From: Cirrosporium novae-zelandiae
Lineage: Eukaryota
Reading direction: 5' to 3'
Assembly: GCA_026023565.1 (NCBI GenBank)
Contig: JAPETS010000020.1
Coordinates: 496,001-560,000 of the forward strand
DNA: 64,000 nt
The translations under genes were made by a program, and so were the position numbers. The notes beneath the pieces are model-generated. The model had not been told where the DNA came from. It saw only the letters and a program-made list of their open reading frames with translations, and ran no database searches. Of this stretch, positions 52,323-64,000 are shown piece by piece. Position 1 is the stretch's first letter, and every line of letters begins with the position of its first letter.

Positions 52323-55300
52323 TAAAGATCCGAGAACCGTACAATAAATAGTGCGCCGTTACATCCTTTACGAGATTGTGTCCACCAACATGACCATTCT
52401 AAATTGAGGGAATTATCCCAATATTAAATTACCATCGAGGAAAGCAATGAGGGAAAACGAAGGAAAAATGAAGGACAGTGCCGATTCGAGAAAGTAGAAA
52501 TTGCAATGCTTGGTGCTGCGAAGGGATACAAGATGGAACGTATGATTTGACAGGTGTTACTATCCGGGCTGTGATGTGTAATTCTTCTAGCCCAGCACTA
52601 TCTCCACATATATTGGAGTTTTGTCTAAGAGTTATCGCATAAATAGAACCCGGCAGCCGAAAAGGAGTGAGAAAGCGATCCTTTTACAATAGTTTGGGCA
52701 AGAAGTTGTACATTACAATATTTACAGCAACGCCTAACCTCTAGAAGAAATATTCCGCAATTCATGTCAAAGCAACTTTCCCCTACGCAAGGGTTAAAGC
52801 ATTAGTCAAAATACATCGCAATCCTCGTATTTGGGAAATCTCAGGGGCAAGGTTGAAGGGGCTGAGCTGATTGTTTTACAGAGTACTTAAATGCCTAGGC
52901 TAGTATGAAACAATTAGATTCTTATTTTATATATATTTTATATACTTTAAACGGGAATTGTTTCTACAGCAAAAAAACCTCAAGACGTCCGAGGAAAATA
53001 GATTGTAATCCTCAGGAATCTATGCTACACAACTCTGATGGTTAGCTTCTGTTGCTTGTTGAATTATGACTTGCTATTGATAGTTGATTAGCTAATTATT
53101 CGTGACTCGTAAAGCTTAGGGATCAAGGGATCAATCAACTTAAATCAAACCCCATCAGATACCTCGATTATTATTATTACTGCCATAGACCATTTTCCTT
53201 GTCTCTAAGCACTATATCAAGGTCAGGGAAATATATTTCCCTACTTAGGCCTTGTTAAATATAATGAGGGGGCCTATAAGATTTCTTGGACTAGTTAGGC
53301 TATGAGGAACAGCTGGCTCCTTAAGCTGATAATGAACGAAGAGCAAAGGTTACTTTGCACAGAGTATCTTGTAAGAGTTAGCTTTTACTTTGGGACCTTT
53401 CATCTCTTTTCGGGGGTCCCTCGGGTTTCACTAAGCTTGAAGCTTTACTGGGTTATGTTGAAGCAGTATCAAATGAAGCAAGAGAGTATATACAGAGATA
53501 CGACACCAAAAAAAACAAAAAGCTATTTGGAGCTTATCATGTTAGTCATAGCGGGCGTTATTCGTTACTCCAAGTCCTATTATGTTGAGCTCGCTCTAGC
53601 TATTATATCTTCTATTCTGATTCTAGCAGGGAGAGTCTCACTGGAGCTTACGAAAGCTTGTCCGAATATCATGTGGGATCAACTCTAGTCCCATCTCTCT
53701 CACTCTCGCCAGAATTTGTATTTTACGAGGAGGATAATGAAACTGGAACGGCTGGTGTCCGGTTGCAATCCAAGGAGTCCTTTATGGGGAACACCTTAGC
53801 CAGCTACTTTTCAAGTTGGTTGCCTTCATATATAATGGCCATGTACTGTACATGACACCATCCATCCATTGAAGTTGTTGTTCGCTTAAAAGCGACTTTT
53901 TCCTACCCACAAAAACTCCCAAAGAACTGATGATATTGTCGACATGAAAACTTCGCTCTCTTTATTTGGCTTTCAAAATTTCTCCGTAGTGGCCAAATTT
54001 GGGGCCGTCGACGATGATGATGAGTGTTCATCGAGACATAGGTAACTTACATGTACAACCTTCATTACTCGCCTTGATGCAAAAACCTGCATTAGTGCCA
54101 CAAAGCCACAAAAAATCCAAAGGATGAGTCTTGTTTGTCTCAACCCACTCTTTTTTGAAAATAGAAACCGGAGGTAAATTCTTAGGGTATGTCTTGCCTT
54201 CAAATGAAAGATTAGATATCTACAACTACTCAGGAGGAAGAAGTCCCTTTGTTTTGGCCATCCTAGATTTCCCGATAGGGCCCCCCCTTCAACAATTTTT
54301 AGAACAAGCCTATTATTGTAGCAGCCAGCACAGGTGACACTCACTTCTACAGTATATGGCGTTCGGCGCTTTGTTATATGCCGCATGGTTAGTTTTTTGA
54401 GTATCAACAACATACAGTAGAGTAAGTAATTATCTGAAACCTCATCAACGGGTTTGACCATATAATGAAAAAAAGAAACAACAAAAGCGTAACGTTATAT
54501 ACTTGGAATCCTTTCAAACAAACAGTTGCAAAGGAGATTTTTTCTTTCTTTCTTTAGATCAACCTTTTTTTTTTTATTAAATCTCCAAGAACTATCAACC
54601 CTACCTATTGTCCTCGTGAACATCATAGATGTCACAAAAAACCCATACAAAAAGATATTATAGTGGACATTTACGAGCTACTACCGTACCTTTGGTTTAC
54701 TTTATAAAAATAATAATATATTAGCCATCATCATCATCATCATCATCAACATCTCCATACATCCCCAAATCTACTCATTCCAAAAATTCCTCATTCAATT
54801 AATCCAACCCCCCCTCCCCTTACCCATACACATACAAAATTCAAATACAAATTATATAGACTTAAAAAAGCCATGTTATAATAATAATAAAATATTTGTA
54901 AAAAAATATTTAATAAGAGTGAACCTTTTTTAGGTAAGTAAAGTAAGTAAGTAAAAGAAAAACCACTTTCTTTTCGAATCTTATTAGCTTTTTTTTGTGT
55001 GCGCTGAAGCTGCATGTATGTAAGATATGTTATGTTAGGAAAAATAATTACTGTACTACGCTTCTGTATGTACATGTACGCAAGTAAGCCTTCCTTCCTC
55101 CTCCTCCTTCCTCCTCCTCCGCAAGAGGGGGGGGGGGGCATCTCATCCCCATCTCATCCCCCCCCTCAGTTGTAAGCAAGTCAGCCAGCCAACAAGCCAG
55201 CACAGCCAACAAGCAAGCCAGCCCAACCCACTTCAACCATACATACCATGCATATAACAATAAACCCATGATCCTTACACCGATACAAAATTCCGTGTGC

Positions 55301-56976
55301 GGATTTTTTGGGCTTAATGCAATAGGAAAAAAAAAAAATAAAAGATTCTGATAATTCTTTATCTACTAAAAAGATTTGTTGCAATTGTTTGCAATCAAAA
55401 GGGGGGGCGTCCTACTATTACCGCTCAGCTAGCAGCAACTGACCCAACGGTCCTTAGATATCTTATCTCGTGGTGCGTGGGGGGGGGGCGTGTGTGTTGT
55501 TGTTATCGTGAGCTTATTGGAGCCAGAAAAAAACAACATTTAGTCATTCAACTCGTATCATATCATATCATTAATCACTATCATGGTTCCATACATACAC
55601 ACACACACACACTCGAGGCGCGCAGTGGTCTCGCTCGAGATAAATGAAAAGGGGAAATAATTTCCTCATTAAAGATTTAATTATCTAAAAAAAAAAGGAT
55701 CCCGCAACGGGATCGGGCTGATCCGTCACGGGTGACTCTACTACTACAGAGAGAAAGGCTTGGTTTGGCTTAATTGTTAAGTTGTTTTTTTATTATTACT
55801 GTTATTTGTGTGGTCTTAGAATTGTTGCTTTGGTCATCGTGCGACGAATCCACCACAAATGGAGACGACGGGGGGAAGTAATTCAAGTGTATCAGTGTGT
55901 TTCGGGATTAAGCAACCGGGGGAAGAGAAAGAATAAATCTATATTTGGATGTTGATCTTGATTTTCAAACTTCAACGGTTGATGAAGCATGATTTCTTGC
56001 TTAGATTGATCAAAGGAAAAAGATAAAAAAGAAAAGCAAAAAAAGTTAAGCAACAACGTCGGGACTCTCGTCTAGATAGATATCAAGCTGTGTGTTTTAA
56101 AGCCCTGGTAGAAGCTTCAGCACACGGCAATTTCTGGGCCCTGGCAGTCAAGACTTTTTGTCATCCTGCCCTAATTTGTTATCCAATCGAACGCGAAACG
56201 CGACCAGGCAGGGTTTACAGCCACAATTTCACGTTGTAACGGGGTTATTGCGGTAAGATATGAAACATTACCATCATCCAGTCAGCTATACAAGGTCATA
56301 TGCATACGATACTTAGCCTACGCGGAGTTGACGCTAAAAAGTTGATTGCAACGGTTTTTTGATCATATCGGCAAGCCACCAGCGAATAAAGTCCATGTCA
56401 ACGACGTCAACGAGTCAGCGAGTCAGTGACTGATGAACATGGTGTCTGTGGGAGATTGAGGCTGAAATGTAATTTGGAATTAGCAGTCATCAGATGACCT
56501 TTGGTGTGATTACCAGTCAGGGCCAGATCTTGAGATGAATGGACGCCAATGGGGTAGTTTCCGAACTGTTGGAAGATAGGTTTAACGAAGATCCGAAATA
56601 ACTGAGTTTCGTAAGGCAGAGGCTGAAGAACAGACGAAGTGACGAAAAGAAGGAAATCGGGTAAAGTCAAATGGAGACAGGATTCGGGGAACAAGAATCC
56701 AAGTGGAAGGGGAATAAGATGATGGTGATGATGATGATTGCCATCCTGATGGGGAGAACGGGTACTCCAATTTCCATACCAGACGGACAAATGGTGGGTT
56801 CGTGGATTATCCATGATCTGATCATATTTGAGGGCTGGACCTTCTTTGAGTCAGGTCTCTCTCTCTCCCCGCTCCGTTCGGGCCTTTAGAGAGAAGTTCA
56901 CTTTACACAGGGTCCATTACAGAGAGGGTGGGGGGGGGGCTGGTGGCTGGTTCATGATAGCGGTGGACATGTTGGT

Positions 56977-57004
56977 TGCGACATGCGACATGCGACATGC
57001 GACA
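56977..57004. repeat. 7-bp tandem repeat (TGCGACA)x4
   Basis: Direct reading of the sequence. Confidence 0.9.
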
Positions 57005-58168
57005 ATTGTAGAAGGATAATATGAGACTAGCAACCTATAGCAGAATATATTATTACATTATTTACGGTGTCGACAGGTCACAGGACAAGATTGTGTAGCA
57101 TGTTGGTTTTTCTTTTCAGAAATTGGATACCTCGATGAACAAGCTAAGAAAGGTAAGAGGTGTCGTCGATCATCAAATGAAGGGTAGGAGGGTTGTGGCT
57201 CAACTGGTCAATTGGCTTCCCTCCCCCCTGGCTAGTTGAGTCTTGATTGCTGACTTTTGGAGGTTCTGGTGATGTTCTTTGATGTTCAGGGGTAAAAAGT
57301 GGAGCCACCAAGAAGCGGAATTGGGTTTCATAGGTTAGCTTCCAAAGGTTCTAAAAGCTTCTAGAAGGATAATAGAAGGAATTTGGCAATATTAGTCTAA
57401 AACTCAACGGAACCTTTGATTGTTACTGTTGGCTCTTTTAGTTCACCTTGGGAAGGGATCTTCGATGATTCTTTTGTCCTTCCATTGCCCATACCAATTT
57501 CGGGGATTCTTCTCCGGATACACGCCAAATTGCCCTAGGAAGCTCGAGAAGAGAAGCCGGTCCAACCTCAAATCAGTTTTTTTCCTTTGTCTCTGAACCC
57601 AGCCTACCTTGTTTGTCTTTAGCCAGGCAGGTAAGTCTGGGTTGGGAAGGTGAGATGGTTCGGTCTTAATTGCTATTAATAATAATAATATTGATGATAA
57701 TCATAACAACAAGAATAATTCGGAAAAGATGATTTTACAAAAATATGGATATCTAATCTGTCATCTAATATCACGATAATTGCGGTGGCGAGAGTGATGT
57801 TGGATGGCTCTTGCTCAAAGGCTTGTCGCAATTTAATATCACAAAGTGCTTATTGATACTTTTGTGCTTGGTAAAAAGAAGAGGAAGATGGGTGGTAAGG
57901 CGAGGGGAGATCAGAGGGAGACAGGAGCAGCCTTTGGTCCGAACGGTGGTTTTTCTGGGTTTTGTGGGCAGTAAGGTAGTGAGGGTAGCGAAGTAGCGAG
58001 TAAACAGGCGATGTGAACAAGGTCCAGGGAACCAGGAACGAGGATCTATCTGGTGATGGGAACACTTCTCGAAACCAAAGGAGCCAACTCATTTTACTAT
58101 TGGGAATCAAGCCTACTGGTGGATAATGCTCCGAATTGCGGACTTTGTCTGGTACTTTGACTAAAAAC

Positions 58169-58238
58169 TACCTAGGTACCTTTCCCTAGGGGGCTCTAGG
58201 AGCCTCTAGGGGCCTTTAGGGGCCTTACCTAGGTACCT
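58169..58238. repeat. Imperfect 10-bp tandem array bounded by 13-bp direct repeats TACCTAGGTACCT
   Basis: TACCTAGGTACCT at 58169-58181 and 58226-58238 flank units TTTCCCTAGG, GGGCTCTAGG, AGCCTCTAGG, GGCCTTTAGG. Confidence 0.85.
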
Positions 58239-61200
58239 ACCGACAGGTACAGTACCCTGGCCTTGCCTGGAACTAGAAATACCCTGGAACTCCCTCCAAC
58301 TGCGGTAAATTCCGGCACTTGTTCCCCGTTAGGTCAAACTGGGGCCTAACTCGCAACATCCTAGTCCAAAATCTCTCTTTTTTTCATTTCATTTCTTTTC
58401 TTTCCTTTTCTTCTCATTGGTCCATTTCATTATTTTCATTTCCCCCCCCTCAATTCCCCGTTCATCCGACTGACCAGAACAATCCTTCAAACAAAAGAGA
58501 ATGTAGACCAACAATCAATGCTGCATGAGATAATTGCGCATAATACCATAGCTTTTTCCTGCGTCATATGAGAGCATGCCAGCTGGTGCACCGATCACCT
58601 TTGGGTTCTTTTGTAGATCGGACGCTAAGGTGGGCAGAACGACGAGCGAGTCTGTGCAGCCACGCCTTGTGGCTCTTCTGGCTTCTGCTTTCTCAGGGGC
58701 ATCAAACCTTTTCTTTGTTTTTTTTTTTTCTGCGTCTTTTCTAAATCGAGAATTAAAAGAAAGGAAAAATTTAAAAAAAAATAAAATCTAAATAAAATAA
58801 AATATAATAATAAGAGAAGAAGGGAATGAAGAAGCATCAGAAGACCAAGAAGAAGAGGAAAAAAGGTTAAAAATTAAAAATAAATCTTACCGCTCTTCTT
58901 GCCTCCTGCTTTGGCTTAGGTAATTAAGCTATAGGGTACCTATCCCCCCCCCCCCTCCCCCAACATGCGACGTTGAGTTTATGTCAAACTTTTCTGTTCT
59001 CTGTTTGCAATGCTATGCGCCTTGTCCATGTGAGGTCTCGGGGACAAATACGAACTCAATTACTTGCGTGAATGAGTATTGCCAGTACGAAAAGAGTCAT
59101 CGAAGCAGAAAAAACAAGAGAGAGAAAGTGGGGAGATTCCTCATACTTCTCACATACTTGTACAATAGTAAGCGTAATGGATTCGGATCTGATACGGATT
59201 CAAAGAAATAATGATTTTTTATTCGTTCAATTGCTATTAGTCTTCCAGAAGGTTGACCTTGCCCGGAAGCTTTCTTTCCATTCCGAAATAGTTCTCTCCA
59301 AGATCCATGACGGCGTCCTGAAGATTTGACGGAACTAAAAATTGCCAGCCCTGAAGAGTGAGACAACCAAAGTGGGCTCCTTTCGCACCGTGGTTTGACT
59401 TTACTCTTGGCCTTTCCAAACACTAAGATGATCTTCTAGCCAGGGAACAAGAGAATCATGAAGCAATTGTTTAATTGCATTGGGCTCCAACTGTCCATTT
59501 CGGGTACTCTATCGGACCTAGACTTTCTAGATTTGCCAGACTCGCCAGACTTTATCAACTCGCTTGTTGGCACCGAGATGAGCAAGAGAGAGCCTTTTGC
59601 GAGTCTTGATCCTCTGAAGCAGGTGGGTGTAGTTAGTTAAATGTAGTTTTTTGGTTTGTTGTCAATACTAGCGGTGTGACAAGAAATTTCTCAAGAAAGA
59701 AGAGAGAGAGGATTGAAAAAGAGGTTATTTGGTTTGTTCGAATTTCAAAAACCCCAAGTAGGAAGTTAGTTACTCTGGTCTCCAGATGGAGTAGTCAGTA
59801 TGGATGGTATTGAACAAATAATTTAGAAACTAAGTCAACTCCTGTTTCAGGCATTACTTTTTTACTTTTTTTTCTTTTTTCTTTTCTTTTTTTTTCTTTC
59901 TTTTTTTTTGCTTGCTGGGGGTTTACTTTGACGCTTGGTTATTGTTGTTACCAGGGATGTGTCGGACCTTCTATCAAATAGTTACTACTCGAGTAGGTTA
60001 CTAGGGATTCCTAGAGATTTGTCCATAGTAGACAAGAGACTAATAGCAAAAGTGTTCAAAGGTGCGTGTCATTCGAAGTCTTCTCGAAGGTCGCTAAACA
60101 AGTAAACTAAACCCAGCCAAAAGGTTTGCGGACCCACGACTACACTACTTTTGCCTACTTTACCACTTTAACCCACCTACCCACTACCCACTACCCACCA
60201 CCCACCACACTACACTACCTACCCTACCGACTACTGAGTACCTTCACACTACACACCTACACTCCCTACGGCTCACGGAGCACTTCCTTTTTGCATCCAC
60301 CCCAAACCTTCGCATCATCGTCTTGACGTGGCTTGGGAAGTGGGCAAATTTACGCTCGGTAAGTACAAGACCCTCCTCGCGTCTTCAACTCTGGTTCTAC
60401 CAATAATTACCGACTTCTCACTTTCAAACTTGTTCAGGACATTTCCAAACACATTCCTCTTTCCTTACCACACTTCCTCATCAATCCATCATCCCATCCC
60501 TTCACAACAAACAATACCAAAGTAAACAATCTTCACTGTCTCCACCATCTCCCACCTTACTGCCTTCCCAACCTACCATCTTTAAGCTTGTCGCATCCCA
60601 TCTTACTCGCCCTCGACCTGATCGAACTCGACCTGATTCGAATACCACTCGTTGTCTATCGTTCTACCTCGAATAGGACGCTGCCAATTGCCTTCCTGCG
60701 ACTCGCCGTCTAATATCCGATAGAATTAATTCCTCAAGGTAAATTTCTAAATTCCAGACCTCTTTCGTCATCACAATCAAGCTCGGACACATGTCAGAGA
60801 CGATCAAGTTTCATTTCTTGTTTTTTCTTTGATTCGATTCATTCTAACTGGAGAAACTATGTCCAAAGATCGACTTGCTAATCACGGTGGCCGCATCTAG
60901 GCTTAATCACCCTTCATTCGTTCGCCCACGAAAAGATCGGGTACCACGGTCTAGAATAAACTTGTATAAGACATATTCACGCCTCAATAATCACAGACAC
61001 CAAGATATTTGGCTCAGACACAGTTCTTTGATATATTCATCAACTTTGGGACGAACTGTTGGTTCGAGCTTGGAGGACTGTGCTCTTCCGAGAACACTGA
61101 GACGCCTGAACGCACGGGTAGCTGATTCTTTGTTCTTCCTCTGAACTGTCCGACCAAGGTCAGTAAATCCAGTAAAATCCATCTGATGCCCTTCACTGCT

Positions 61201-61573
61201 GTCGAGTAAATAATACATATTTTTCTATTTTACAATTTGACAAAAGTTGTTTAATTTTGCCCGTTTGTATCCATCTCGACACCAACTTTTTCTACGTTAA
61301 CTCGCGTGCACGCCTCCTCTCGCCAAAAAGAATATCTTCAACTAACTAGGTTGTTTCAGTTCTCGACCTTCCCAAGTCGAATTGGTCTGGCTCAAATATT
61401 AGAGCACACCGCATCAGCGCTTCAATAGTCGGTGAGACACGGAATCTCCGAAGGATCATCAAAACAATCTGCGACACTATTTCTATAGTTGCTTTGATCG
61501 AGCCTTGAACCAAGTTTTGTTGAAAAGCCAACTCACATCTCTCTAAACACCTTGTTTATACTCGACTGGCGAA

Positions 61574-62974
<1,401 letters not shown>

Positions 62975-64000
62975 ATGAGAATCAGCTTGGTTCAAAAGAT
63001 TGCTTTTTCTTTTGTGTTCCTATGTAATCTGTCTCTGAAGATACCCGAATGGCTTTTTCTACTGGACATCTGGCGTGTTAGGCGCGTTGGCGATGCAAAT
63101 ACCATTATCTGGGTGTTTAGCATCGTGAACATGGATGATGGGTTTTACGGGTGCTCACTAAAAGCTTGATTGAGTGCTTATAGTTAGCAAGTATAGGATT
63201 GGCCCGAAGTGGTGGTGTTTGGACTGGGGGCATCTTTTGATAACTGCATTTCCTGAGAGTCTTTCATGACGTTCATGATTCATGATGGAAAGAATATCGA
63301 TCCATTTTTTATTTTATTGTATCCCCCCGTGCCATTTCCCGTATTATGGAATATTTGTTTCACGGAATTAATCGGGGGAGCTTTGCTTTGTGATTTTTGT
63401 TCTCTTACAGAAAATACAGCGCAGGCTTAGGCAATATATTATCAATAGAGGAAATAGGGCAACCATTTAATACAGAACATATGTGTCCAAGATTAACAAG
63501 GTTGTTGTTGATATACTGTGCTCATAGGGGAAGAAGTTGAAATGAATACGCTTGATTTAGCCTTTGAGTCTCTTTAATATCTAGTGCGTTAACCTGCGTA
63601 GGTAACGGTGCCTTGATCTACACACCACCTAAGTTGGGTTAATAAACAGTGTGTTAATCAAGCTCTGATAACGAGATTATTGTTCCTCTTGCCTCTAGAC
63701 AACAACGACAGCAAGGTCGATACTATATTTATTCATTTTCAGTTTCCTTTTGAAGCAAAAAGCAAAGCAAAGTAAAACAAAAGCAAGAAAATAAATGATT
63801 AACCAATTAATATTCAACAAACGAACAAAGAACTTTCTTCATCTCAAACCCCCCCCCCTCCCCGCCCCCTCTTTCTACCTCTGAGAAAGAAAAAAGACCA
63901 ATTACCTAATCCAGTAATTTTCTTTCCCTATTTCCCATCTATCTATCTCTCTTTTGTTTATCTTACCCAACTCATCCTCTAGGCCTTCTTCTTTCTCCAC

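Noticed and set aside
53302..54461. ORFs 53302-53688 (+) and 53973-54461 (-) as genes
   Set aside because: No recognisable motifs, composition typical of random AT-rich frames, and no supporting splice structure.
56430..56467. Hammerhead ribozyme core (CTGATGA...GAAA)
   Set aside because: No stem II can be formed between the motifs, and no stems I/III were found.

Overview
Eukaryotic genomic DNA from a filamentous ascomycete (Pezizomycotina). Genes carry many short (about 50-60 nt) GT-AG introns with CTRAY branch sites, so the ORF track is fragmented; I re-assembled gene models by eye from splice signals and recognisable protein motifs. The window holds about 21 intact protein genes. These include the 3' part of a very large membrane GT4 glycosyltransferase (Gtb3-like), VMA2, SEC17, a GatC-like subunit, two amino-acid permeases, BTN1, a methyltransferase, COX11, a trans-enoyl-reductase-like protein, a PhzF-like protein, RFC1, MRPL16, PTH2, a type-B carboxylesterase, an SCT1-like acyltransferase, KTI11/DPH3, a 4-finger C2H2 factor and two orphans. 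There is also one disabled class-III aminotransferase, one tRNA-Ser(AGA) and a probable snR30/U17 H/ACA snoRNA gene. Most notable items absent from the ORF track: the snR30/U17 candidate; a spliced 31-aa CxxC-x10-CxxC-x3-C micro-protein gene; a 1075-nt RFC1 first intron with an internal repeat and a possible poison micro-exon; 5/10/13/15/20-nt micro-exons; three GC-AG introns; and an ATG-depleted, multi-intron 5' leader at the end of a 9.2-kb gene-free region. No CRISPR array, rRNA or intact transposon was seen. All family assignments come from recalled motifs, not from database searches.
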